A stretch of DNA of 63,140 nucleotides, counting the filler, from Reticulomyxa filosa (lineage: Eukaryota; Protista; Foraminifera), in the NCBI GenBank assembly GCA_000512085.1. It is 11 parts of 11 records of this genome, joined end to end, with 100 filler letters (N's around TTAATTAATTAA, not from the genome) between each part and the next. Parts side by side here need not be neighbours in the genome. Positions count along the whole stretch, not along the records: positions 1 to 5,089 come from ASPP01020850.1; positions 5,190 to 10,082 come from ASPP01024604.1; positions 10,183 to 23,533 come from ASPP01006346.1; 8 more parts are not named here. One strand, 5' to 3'. The notes under the pieces are model-generated. The model had not been told where the DNA came from. It ran no database searches and saw nothing but the letters and a program-made list of their open reading frames with translations. Positions 1-11,713 of this stretch are shown piece by piece. Each line of letters begins with the position of its first letter. Within the stretch, counting starts at the first letter, position 1. The translations under genes and the position numbers were made by a program.

Positions 1-38
<38 letters not shown>

Positions 39-82
39 AGCCATTTTTTTTCCGTTCACTCTCTTTCCTTCTCTGTACTCAA

Positions 83-358
83 CTATAAAATTTGTTGGTT
101 GTTGCTCTCTTCTTCGTGGATCCAAGTCACAAATATGAATGCCACGTTAACAAGAAGAGATATAATGGTGCCTATACTTACAACTAACTGTCCTGTCGAA
201 ACGCTGGGGAATGAAACACTCAAAAAATCAAAAATTTCTTGATGTGTTCTCATTTTTTTCTTTGGCATCATTTCAAAATTTAATTTTCTTTGTTCATCGG
301 GTAAGAATGTAGTTTTCTTTCTTGTTCTTTGCTCGTCGGCCCTCGATATCTTCAGCAT
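83..358 (-). CDS. Hypothetical membrane protein, probable 5' exon running off the contig end
   Basis: ORF with a hydrophobic segment (LVVSIGTIISLLVNVAFIFVTW). A GTTGAG donor-like sequence overlaps the stop and a poly-T tract follows, consistent with an intron. No recognisable family. Confidence 0.35.
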   Translation of the reverse strand: MLKISRADEQRTRKKTTFLPDEQRKLNFEMMPKKKMRTHQEIFDFLSVSFPSVSTGQLVVSIGTIISLLVNVAFIFVTWIHEEESNNQQIL

Positions 359-1247
359 CAATGTATCACTCTGAACAATTCAATCTTTGGGCGGTTTGGA
401 GAAAATAGGAAATAGACAAGCTTTCTCTTCAAACGAAAGACAATTTGTTACAAGTTACTACACTAACAAGTCTTAAACGGAACGAGGAAAATAACGTAAA
501 AAATCAGTCTTGGTTCAGTGTCTCACTGCGCAAAATATTCGAAATAAAAAACTGATTGAGATCGTAGATTGTAATATCAGTTAAACATCAAGAAAATTAA
601 ACAATACTCGAATACTTTTTGACTTAACCATAAAGGCAAGGTATAAAACTTTTTACAAAAAACAAACTAATTTTGTCTGTTAGCGATAAGTTGACAGCTC
701 AAAGGAACCTTGGAACTTTTTTTTCTGAAACTCTGCTTTCTACTTCTCCAGCCAACTCGCTTTCGTTCATTTACTGTTTCGTTTGTTTTTTTGACACTTC
801 TAAGAATTGTCAGTATTGAGCAAAAAATCAATCGTTATATGAAGTTTGCGAGTCCTCGTGCAGTGTACACGCACACAATTTTTTTTTCTTTGTTCCGAAA
901 AGGGGTATACGTACTAAACAGCCCATTATATGATTACGCAGTGTAACAACTACATTAGCAATATTGTTCGAAAGGTGTATATCTGATAGAATATTCTCCA
1001 AGTGAGCATCAGGAAACAACATCGTATAGATTGACCAAAAGATGAAACTTTCAATTATAAAGCAAAAAAAAAGTAAATTTACTTGTGTTAACAACCAAAA
1101 AAAAAAATAAACCAGAGAGTTATTCGTGGATGTATATAATCTTCAAACGATGATCACTTCTCTCCTTTTTTTTTTTGGTGTAATTCAAGGTCACGCGCTA
1201 CAAAAAAATTGAAAAATACTAAAGTGATTTTTATTTTTTTTTTTCCC

Positions 1248-2362
1248 TCACAATTTTGTAAAATGAGGAAAGGTCTCTTGGATAACATGTTTGAAGTAAG
1301 GAAAAACATTGGCATATCCTAGCCACCATTCTGGACCACGAAAGATGATATATGTGATCATGACTTGCGAGTTCCGTTTAACATAATCAACGTATTCTTT
1401 CGTGTACCCGTGTTTGGTGTGCAACTCAAGATACACATCGTCCATGCTTTTACACTTGTTTCCCTCAGGGAACTTCAGTCTACTGAAATCAAATAGCTTG
1501 TACGGAAAGAAGGTCCTGGTTCCACCAAAAGTGAGTTGATGAGACTCCGGGCTTGCATTTATCGTAAAGCCCATTCGATAATCCAAATGGCAATACGTCG
1601 TTAATTGTAACAATCCCAACAATTGTCCGAGTTTCTGATCTACAAATTCAGAGGCCAGAGTAACCACGCCATACACTCCAATTTCACCGTATTTGATTCC
1701 TCTGTAAACAGAGCAAACATTACTTGTCAGCAGCAAACGATTTCAGAATCATGTACATAAGCGTCGTACGTATACATATATATATATATATAGCCAAGTA
1801 CATTTGTGTACGTATACGTAAGACCAACTACAACATATTACAAAAAAAAATAAAATAAAATAAATAGATGTTGCTGCAAACTCAACTTTAAATTTTCATC
1901 AAAAATCAGATTGGAAAGATGTGGCATACTTTGAAGGGCTTTGCTATTGATTTGTTTTTGTAATTGTTGAAACGGACTTGCTAAAGGATTTGGTGCACTT
2001 TTGAAGCTGTTAGCCACTAGTACATCGTGACTCATTGTAAAACCGACAACGAGGTCCGTCTTTTGATCAACGGCCACCCATGACATACCTGCTGCAATCG
2101 CTGCTTTCACTTTGTGCGCAAAGAGGGGAAAGTTTTCCTCCGTCGACGTGTTGAAGCATATGTGGTCAATCGCATTTCCGTACATACTAAATTGATAACA
2201 TAGCAACGTCAGCACGAACCAGTAGTGATGTTCTGAAAGAATGTCAAAGTAAAGGCCATTCAGATTTTGAAACTTTAACAAGTTGTTCCAGGCTGGTGAA
2301 CTGTGCAGTCTCTTTGCTAAACTTTGGCATTGTATTTTGTGCTTCTTCTGAAGGCCTTCCAT
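1248..2362 (-). CDS. GNAT-fold acetyltransferase, arylalkylamine N-acetyltransferase-like (2 exons: 2362-1887, 1701-1248; 309 aa)
   Basis: GT-AG intron 1886-1702 joins the two ORFs in frame (ENLK-GIKYG). SWVAVDQKTDLVVGF, degenerate motif A (LASEFVDQKLGQLL) and ASPESHQL resemble insect-type AANAT/GNAT motifs. Confidence 0.6.
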
Positions 2363-2716
2363 TGGCTTTTTTTAGATTTTAAAACAATAATATGGAGGAT
2401 ACCAACAAAACAAGAAAACCACAAAGACTTGTAAGAAAAGTGCTGGTAAAAAAAAAGGACGCTATGTTAATAAAGACACTTTGGTCGTGACCTAACCAAA
2501 AAGAATGATTACCCAACTAATTAGCAAAAAATTACTTACAATATACTTTTAATACAAAAAAATACACAAATTTAACTTTACTGCATATTTTCTTAAGAAA
2601 ATTTTATCTTGATAATGAAACCGAATTTTATTATTACTTATTTTAGATACCAAACTTGTCAAGCATTTTAAGAATTTTATCTTTGTAATGATTTTTCAAA
2701 TAGAAAATCGATAATA

Positions 2717-4200
2717 CAGTATATTGCAAAAAAACTGACATACCAAAATGGCACTATATGAAGAGAATCGATTTTCTCCATGAAAAATAAAGATTTAAAC
2801 CTAATTTTTTTTTAATATCTACTAATCTTGTGGTTTTTAAATATGAAATTTTTTTTTTGGCTAATTTTCTTTATTATTGATATTTTTAATTGACATTTCA
2901 AAATTGTAATATTTAAAATAGTGAAACATTTGATTGCTTTAAGATAAGAGTTGCTGTTGGTATGCTGGTTGGTGCAGCTAGCATTTGGTTTGTAGCAAAG
3001 AAATTTAATATAAGTATAGCTTTGATTTTGGCTGTCGTCATATAAGTTCAATGGAACTTTAAAAAGAAAAGATGGATCTGTCAGGTCAGAGAAGATTCAT
3101 CATATCACAAAACTAAAAAAATAATGGTTCTGTTTTAAGAAAATAATATTACTGATAAATTTTCCTTCTATTCACTAGACATAAATCTAATTTAGAGCAT
3201 TTGTTTGATAATTAAAGAAAAATTATATAAAGGCGAAAAAATTAACAACAAACAATAACTTTGTGAAAAATTTGAAAAATATTTGAAAAAATTGACACAA
3301 TTCCAAATTAAAATAACATAGTCGTTGAATCGGACAACATTGCTTCACAATTTAAAAATGAATTACCAATTATATTTATTTTCATTTCAAAATATGTATC
3401 GAAATCAAGTTAATTATACAAAATTTTTATCAATTTTTGTCTATTTTTCTGTCTTTTTGTGCTTGATTAATCAGTTGACATTTTTTTGTTTCAAACTGAA
3501 ATCTATGTCATTTGCGACAAGTTGCAACATTTCTTTATGAGAAACATTGTGACTATCTGAGCTATATCATAACTTTGATACATTCTCCCGAATTTGTTCG
3601 CCATTTCGGTCAAATCGCATCAATGTTGCCTTCTCTCATAAACACCCTTTCTCGAAACATAATTAATCTTTTTCACGTTAATTTTATTGTTAGTGATTGT
3701 AAGTACACAATTGACATTTTTTGCAATCGACGATCGCCACTTCAATTAGTATTATAGAATAATCTGTTTTCATCATGTCTGAGACTCAAACGCCGCTGTG
3801 GAAACATTGTCCTTCATTATCTCCGTTTCAAGATCGTCACTTGTGTTGTATAAAAACGAAACATCGTTTTGTTGTTCACATTCATTGAGTATTCACTGAT
3901 GCCGTTTTTGAAATAACGTCAAATTCGATATTTCCTAAAGTAACAACTATAGACCATTATTATGCCATTTTATATCATAAAAAAACTCAAGATAAACTGT
4001 TGTCGGCTCTACAGTTTTTTTTGAATAAAAACTTAAGATAGTCACACAACAGTCTTGATCACTGCACTCCTGCTATTTGATCAAAATAAATTGTATTGTC
4101 CATAGTCCATAGTTTATTGTATTTTTAAGAAATTAGAATTAATTATTTTTCATGGAGAAAACTGTTATCTTCATTAATTTGTGCCTTTTTTTAGCGAACT
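2717..4200 (+). mobile_element. Decayed Tc1/mariner-like DNA transposon, copy A
   Basis: Starts TA|CAGTATATTGCAAAAAAACTG. 2717-3298 is the reverse complement of ~47876-48451. A degenerate inverted terminal copy lies at ~4145-4200 (TTTTTCATGGAGAAAA...GTGCC). Right boundary approximate. Confidence 0.7.
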
Positions 4201-4429
4201 ATTTTTAAAAAGTTAATTACTACAATCGAAACAAAAAATAGTATATTGTCCAAATCAAAAATATTAATTGAAAATCCATTCTAGAGACTGCAATGCTTGT
4301 ATAAAAATTTTTTAAAGAGAGGAATGCTGTAAGATAAAAGAAAACTTTTGAAGGCGGGGCTGTTAGACTTTGAATGTCTTATAAGCATTGAACATCCTCA
4401 ATATCTTTGGTACTGAACGTAAATCATCA

Positions 4430-5015
4430 ATGACGCATAAGCCAACCATTTTAAGTGTCGAAAGAATACGAACACGTGTAGTGGATTTGTTCACTGCTCA
4501 TGATAAAGGACAACTGGACACTGTAGACGACCTAATGAAGAAATGGAAGGGCAAAGAAAACGAGCTGTTGAAGCAATTGTGCGATAAGTACAAACAGCCT
4601 TGTTTAGTCCAAAAATATTTTTTTGTATGATCAACGAAGTTGCGTTTTTAAAGAATTGCAAATGTGGCTTTCATTTAATCCACTTCATAGTTACGGAAAT
4701 AAGCCCAATCGGAATAAAAGAACAGTACACCATTGGCAACAAACTTGGCACGTTAAGTAGGAAAGGGAAGGAGAGGAAACCCAAGCGTTTCATTTTACCT
4801 CCTGTATATGCCCTTCCCTTCAAAATCATTGCAATGTTATATTCCATTGATACAATGAACATATCAAACATGATTATAGAGGTGGATTCGCCACTGTGCG
4901 CAAATGCAGAGACAAAACAACCAACGTAATGTATGCACTGAAGATTATCGACAAAAAAAATTTGGACAAAGAAGATTTGGTTATTTTGGACAGAGAGGTC
5001 CATTTGATGCGTCAA
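4430..5015 (+). CDS. CaMK-group Ser/Thr kinase with N-terminal helical domain, 5' partial (exons 4430-4601, 4691-4751, 4880-5015)
   Basis: Spliced translation gives YTIGNKLGTGGFATVRKCRDKTTNVMYALKIIDKKNLDKEDLVILDREVHLMRQ (Gly-loop, ALK lysine, helix-C Glu). All intron phases match. Truncated by a linker. Confidence 0.85.
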
Positions 5016-5089
5016 GTTTCGTGAGAGCATTATTTTTTGTTTTTGTTTTTTTTTTTTTTTTTTTAGGTAGTGTATACGTAGTCAAAAAA

Positions 5090-5189
5090 NNNNNNNNNNN
5101 NNNNNNNNNNNNNNNNNNNNNNNNNNNNNNNNNTTAATTAATTAANNNNNNNNNNNNNNNNNNNNNNNNNNNNNNNNNNNNNNNNNNNN
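5090..5189. other. Artificial contig linker
   Basis: N44-TTAATTAATTAA-N44, stop codons in all six frames. Confidence 0.98.
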
Positions 5190-6031
5190 ATCACTACTGT
5201 CGCTACACAGGGCTACTGCATTGTGAAGAATGCCATGCATTGCAAAAGGCTATTATTCCCCATCGCGTGTTCAATGAGCTAGACTGTCGACCTGGCAAGG
5301 TCTGCAAAACGGCCAAACGTTATCTGGACCAGATGTACGATATCCCTTGCATTTCCATTGGAATGTTCAAACATCAACTTGTACACACAAATCCCCTGCT
5401 CAAACAACTGGCCATCTCTTTGCAGCAACTCCGATATATGAGGTATATATGTGTGTGTTGTTTTATCCTTTTGTTATATACATATACATATACATACACA
5501 TATATGCACATATATATATATGTACATATATGTGTATGTGTATGTACATATATAAGCGAGTATATCGAAACGTGCAGTCATCGAAAAGAAATAAACGAAC
5601 GAATTGGTGATTTAAAAGATTTACTTGTTTTTCGTGGGCTCATTTCTTTGCACACTGTTGTCGAAGTGCTGACTCAAAGTTTGGGATTACGTATCACCAA
5701 ACTATGTGAGCTTCTTGGGAGACACATTGTCGATAATTGCGACGTTTGCAGAGCCCGCGGACATCATTGCGAAATTTGCAAGTCTGATGATGTCATTTTT
5801 CCCTTCCAATTTAAATTGGCTAGAATTTGTCCTCGATGCCATGGCGTATTCCATTCCAAATGCTTCAAATCGGACAATTGTCCACGTTGCCAACGCGAGT
5901 CTCAAAAAAAGTTTCGCTTTCCTCTACCTTTTTATCCATGTATATTTTTTTTCCTGTTCTCTCACTCCTTCGTGCTTGTGTGTGTGTATATGTGTGGAAT
6001 CTCTTTTTACAGAGCTTCCAGCAAATCGTAA
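5190..6031 (+). CDS. Rubicon-homology (zf-RING_9; DEF8/PLEKHM1/Rubicon family) protein, 3' partial (exons <5190-5442, 5557-5910, 6013-6031)
   Basis: CRYTGLLHCEECH..AIIPHRV; HIVDNCDVCRARGHHCEIC..DVIFPF..CPRCHGVFHSKC..CPRC match the Rubicon homology domain Cys/His pattern. Confidence 0.88.
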
Positions 6032-6621
6032 TCTTATTGGAAGTGAGGCAAGCAAACGTGTTTTCAACGCTCTTGCTGTGTTGCGTTGATTCCAACATTT
6101 GTCTTTATTGTTTAATTTTTGACTTGATTTTTTTTTTTGAATCAATTTTTAGAAAGAAAGAGAGAAATTATGACAGAAATTTTTCTCAAAATAAATGCTT
6201 CTTTTTCGTCTAAAAAATAAATATCCTGCTTTCGTTCAATTTGTTGGCTTGGTTCTGTACAGACTCAAATCTTTTCTTATAGTCATTTATTTTTTTTTGG
6301 ATAATTGGTTTTTGTTGAGAACAGTAGAAAACTGCAAAATCCGTTATTAAATAATTCGTTTAAAAAAAGAATTAGAACATTACCGTAAAAATAGTAAATT
6401 AAAGAAGTATGAATAATGGTACTTTTTTATGGTTTTTTTTTAAAGTCAAATAACCAACCAATTTGAGCTATCAAATCATTTAAAATAGAAACGCGAAATA
6501 TTTTGCAAAAAAAAAAAGAAAATTGACTCGAAATTTCTTAAAAAGTAATTTTAGTAGACTTTCTTAAGTCAACCAGGACAAAGCGAGGAACTTTGGTAGG
6601 GAGAGAGTAGCGCATTTATTG

Positions 6622-7572
6622 ATGTTAACATTTTCGAAACGCATCCTCTTGTCACCTCGGTGTCAGAGCAGAATCTTTAATCCTCTCCCATTACTTGAGG
6701 CCAGACGTTGCTTTAGCAATGTGTGGGGAGAGCGCACTATAAAATGGATTGAGCAAGAACTCAGCAATCATTTCCAAGAGCATAAGGCAAATTACGACTT
6801 CACAAAAATTCCTTTCTTGGTTGACGATGACACGGCAGCACGTGTCCTCGGTCGTCAAAGGCGTGGCCTTGTGACACCTTGTGTCAAACTCGCAAGTAGT
6901 ACTTGGTTGATCGAAGAGCTCATCCGAAGGGGTTATCACGTGACGGGTTTGGCAATGCCAGAAGTAAAGCTGGAGGTATTTTGTTTAAACGATGAGATGT
7001 CAATACAATTGCTCTTTTCATTGACTGAGCTGATCACGTATATGTATATATATTGCATACATTGTGCATAAATGTAAAATCGGTAAAACGTTTTTGCGTA
7101 TGGATGAGGTGGTAATATTAATTTTGTTGGTTTGTTACCTTTGCAGTTTCTAGAAAGCCGATTACGGTTGACGGTCAAGACGGAGGGCCAACCCGACTCG
7201 GACACAATTGTTTTGGAACGAGAGAACCTATATGTAGAAAAAAAGTCGATGGAAACCTTTGCCCCGAAAAAGGATGGCTGGCAATCGTTTGACGTCGTTT
7301 TTGATGAACGACCTTTGCTGACTCATTGTGATCCCAAACTTATCCCGTATGATGTGATTGCCAAAACCACAGTATTCGGACACGCCATACGAAAAGGGGG
7401 TATATTGTACGTTCAGACAGAAGATGCTGAACATATGGATCAAAAGATTAAGCTGGCAAACACTATGAAGGCATGCTATCCATCAGATTACTTTGCATTA
7501 GTTGCAGAGAGAAAACTTTCTTGGACCAGACAATATTTGTATCTAAAATCAAAAGATACTCTCAAAATGTAA
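6622..7572 (+). CDS. Divergent class I SAM-methyltransferase-like (TPMT-like) protein with possible mitochondrial presequence (exons 6622-6975, 7147-7572)
   Basis: Phase-0 GT-AG intron. The Arg/Ser-rich N-terminus ends RRCFS. GLVTPC..LIRRGYHVTGL and FDVVFDE loosely resemble TPMT motifs. Gene structure is solid; the function call is weak. Confidence 0.5.
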
Positions 7573-8463
7573 CGATTTTTTCAACTAGTCAAACAAAATT
7601 GTTTGTGTGCAATTTCTCGAATATTCTCTTGAAGTTGTATCTTTTCAAAAAGTTATCAGACAATGTTTAGTGAATTTTTTTTCTGATTTTTCTATTTTCT
7701 CAAAAAAGTAATGCTACTTGAAGAATGGTAGTCATTTTCTGTTTACAACTGAATCAAATATAAGAATTTAGCCGAGAAAGATTGAAACAGGAACCCATTT
7801 CATTTTGTTTTGTTATTTCATCAAGTATAGTTTTTGTGTATTGAAGTATTAGACTCATTGCAAATTGCTCGCAAGTTAACAATTGCTACTTTAAAGCAAA
7901 TTTTATAATACAAGGCAATAAATGGCTATATTGTTCAAATTTCGAGTCTTCACAAAGCCCTTTTACAACTGACCAAAATTAAATAACCTTTTAAATGAGA
8001 AACATCACGATTCGGACTAACAAAGTCTTTTTCAACGTATTCGGCCTGACCTTGAACATATTCAACAGCAATTTCTTCAACGATAAGGCATAAGCATTAG
8101 TATGCCCAGACAACTGTGAATTACGCAATGATGACTCTTTTTGTTTGTGCAATTGCGGAATACAGTCTTTCAGAAAATCGGACAGACTTGGTTCAAAAAG
8201 TTTTGTATCTTCTTTATTACTCTTGTCATTTCCTTCATGAATACAGCACTTGGTTCGTGTAACATTTAAAGCACAGAAGATTATTTTTTTGTTTAATTCA
8301 GATAAATCTTATTGCTTTAATACATTCAGAAAATGATATTTGCAGTTGCATAATTTATTGGATATCTCTTAATAAAATTAAACAAGCTTAGGAGTAGAAA
8401 AAGCGTTTTTATGAAAATGTAATAATATATATTAAGAGACAACAAGTTTAAAACAAAAAAGAT

Positions 8464-10082
8464 TCATAATAATTTCCATAATTGGATTATTCCATGTTCA
8501 GAAACTGATATAATTGTGTTACTATTTGATGAAACATCCATCACAATTATACTACCAGAATATCCTTGCAATTTTTGTGTTTCTACTCCTAATTCCACAT
8601 CCCACAATCGAATTGTATTATCTACTGAACATGATACAAGAGTTTGATTGTCTGAAAAGAATTGTACATCATTTACTGCATTATTATGCCCTTCCAATGT
8701 TTTACTTTTTTTTCTAATATCACGTCCCATATGGATATTTTTTCTGTTCCTGAACAAGATACAATTAAACGACCATTTGACGAAAATTTCGCTTTACGTT
8801 CACGTTGAATATTCATACCCAATTTACATATCATTTCACGTCTTGTTATATCCCAAATTTCAATTGGTCGATTATTGGACACTGACATGATTTGTTGACC
8901 ATTGGGCGAAAATTGTACATATGTCGCATTATTGAATTGCCCTTCTAAAGTTGCTATTTCTTTTTCAGAATGCACGTCCCATATTCGAATTAATCGATCA
9001 TGTGAAGCAGATACAATATTTTTTCCATCTGGTGAGAATTGGACACTTGTTACAGCTTGTTCATGTCCTCTTAATTCGGTTCTTTTTTGACGTGATGATG
9101 TATTCCATATTATAATGGTTTTGTCATTTGAACATGATACAATCATATTTCCATCTGGTGAAAATTGTGCATCATTTACAATATCTAAATGTCCTTTAAG
9201 TGCTCCGATCTTTCTTTCCGACGCGATGTCCAATATTTTGACTGTTTCATTTGAACATAAAATAATCTTTGAACCATCTGGAGAAAATTTTACATTTCGT
9301 ACAAAAAAAGAGTTTTGAAGAGTCTTTAATGGTCGGCAATATTTCCTCTATTTGAAATGTATTATTTTGTTTTCCCCAATCAATTACTAAACAAAAATTA
9401 TAACATACCAGAATATATCTTGCAATCATGGCATTAAATTCATTGATCCATCCCATCTTGACTGAATATAAACGAATCCAATATTTCATTATTATTGATA
9501 TTTCCTTTGTCCTCTTTTTATTTGTAAATTTTATTACAGCGGACAAAAAAACACTCGAACAAATAAAATATTTAACTCTTAATTTTTGTATATCAAGCTG
9601 TTGCTGTCCCATTGCTTTTAATTCTTCATTTAGTATTTTAATTTCTTTTTTTCTTTTTTCTATTTCTTCATAATGTCTTCTTTCTTCTTCTTTCTTTATC
9701 CACTCTCTTTCTATTTTTATCTCTCTTGTCATCCATTTTTGCACGTTTGTTTTTACATGTGTAAAAAGAATCTCATTTTCAGCATAACCACCAATAATAT
9801 GCACAAATTGATTATCTCCGCTCAATGTTGCAATACAACAATTCAATGGTATGGGCAAAATTAATTCAAAATTTATCCATTGATCTCTTATAATTGAATA
9901 TCCATAAATTTCTCTTGAAGCAACTTTTGTTCCATCATAACCACCAAAAAATAAAATAAAATCATTAACACAAACAAATCCATAACAACAAAATGGTCTC
10001 ATATCTGTACAAACTCGTACATCATAACATTGAAAAAAGTTGTAATTTTCATCATATTCAATGGATAATCCAGTATTTTTGT
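8464..10082 (-). CDS. Kelch-like + WD40-repeat protein, 5' partial, one frameshift near 8700 (exons <10082-9577, 9513-9409, 9347-8464)
   Basis: Kelch-like FILFFGGY/VHIIGGY, the YWIR..MGWINEF module, and multiple GH..FSPDG..WD repeats. One base is missing in the A-run GTAAAACATTGG. Confidence 0.8.
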
Positions 10083-10182
10083 NNNNNNNNNNNNNNNNNN
10101 NNNNNNNNNNNNNNNNNNNNNNNNNNTTAATTAATTAANNNNNNNNNNNNNNNNNNNNNNNNNNNNNNNNNNNNNNNNNNNN
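10083..10182. other. Artificial contig linker
   Basis: N44-TTAATTAATTAA-N44. Confidence 0.98.
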
Positions 10183-10218
10183 AAAATAAAATAAAATAAA
10201 ATAAAATAAAATATGAAA

Positions 10219-10775
10219 CCGAAAGTTGCATTGGACAGCGTGATAATAATGATCCTTGTTGTCTGTTGTTTTTTTGGTATTTTGGTAACAGCGCCGTTTT
10301 ATTGTTCATGCTCGGTTGTTGCTATATCGTAAGACACATCCAAAGTCCCCCTTTTCACACGTCCATGTGTTTGTACTTGCGTGTGTTCCAACAAACTTGA
10401 GACTGTTTAGGCTTTGCATTATTTGGCTTTTCTGTTTCAGTATTGTTTTCAATGTCATCGGACGTAAGACTATGGCCAACAACACACAAAATACGACAAA
10501 TGGACAACTGTGCAAAAACACACACAAGACGGAGATTCGGCTCCATACAGGTCGAATGGCAAAGCTGATAAGTCTTCAGAGACGCAGGCCAGATTTCTCT
10601 TCTTATTCATTGTTTGCGCTTCTCCATTTGCGCGATGCTGCCTACCACTCGTGTAATAATTTTCGCTCTGCTCGTTCGACACAAACCGCATCAATGAAGA
10701 TATTGGAAGTCCACTCCTTTCTTTTTGCAGCGCATTGTTTTGGTTGCTGGTTTTGTGATTCATTGTTCGAATCAT
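10219..10775 (-). CDS. Hypothetical low-complexity protein, 5' exons, truncated at linker
   Basis: Three short coding-like segments (MIRTMNHK..GAESP / LTSDDIEN..KQSQ / QQPSMNNK..MQLS) can be joined by GT-AG introns. No family recognised. Confidence 0.4.
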
Positions 10776-11713
10776 CACCAATGTTTTTTGTCAATATTCG
10801 TCCAAGTGCATACGCGAATTAAATTTTTTAAAAAACCCGTACTTGGTCTTTTTGCCGTTTGTGGAAAATAAAGTTTTTCGTTGTTCTGGCAAAATATTTG
10901 TCAATCATATCTTGTTAAAAAGTATTTTGTTTGTTAGTATTTCTGGTATGTTTAATTGGTAAAATAATTCTGCAATCGCAGGAGTATAAATTAAAAATTT
11001 GGAACGGTCTTACTGATGTCGAATAGCACGTTCAGCGGTAAAATTAAATTTGAAAGTTACTATGAAAATGTAGATACTTCGTCGATGGGGATATCATGTG
11101 TCAATGTACAAAAGTAAAACAATTTAATTATTGAAAAATTATACATTTAATAATCAAGAAATAGGGTCATTACAATAAAATGAGTATTTTTATTTTGTTG
11201 CAATTTTTTTGTGAAGTCTTTATTGTAATTTTAAACAATTTTTCAAATTTGATACTGCAAGTTTTTTCAAGTACTCAATAAAAATTGTAATTTTATTGGA
11301 TTCCATTCTAATTGAACCTGAAACAATTATACATTGATAAAATTGAAGAATACTTTATAAACCATTAAATAGTTTCCGTCTCTCTTTTTTGAACGTCCTT
11401 CAAAAAAGACTAAGAGGAGATGTTTAAATATATATAATCTACAGCAATCCAACAACTATTTTACTCGATATACAGATATTTTGATCAACTCTTTAAAACT
11501 AACTGTCGATATCGAAAGAAAATTTACTTGGGAAACTAAAACTCAATTTATATTTTAAAAAAATTGGTGAACTTACACTTTGTATAATGTCATCATTTAG
11601 AAGCGATCCTGTATTTTTCGCCATCGACTTTCAATCAGGTTTTTTCCTTGTATATTGTGAAAAATGTGCCCTAAAAAAAATACTTTTTAACTATAACACA
11701 ATGAAGCATTGTA

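Noticed and set aside
1-35. Leading poly-A run as a possible retrocopy tail
   Set aside because: It lies at the window edge and is comparable to the A/T runs common in introns here.
5134-5145. TTAATTAATTAA repeated ten times between N-runs
   Set aside because: Identical 100-nt artificial linker with six-frame stops; not a biological repeat, CRISPR array or transposon target.
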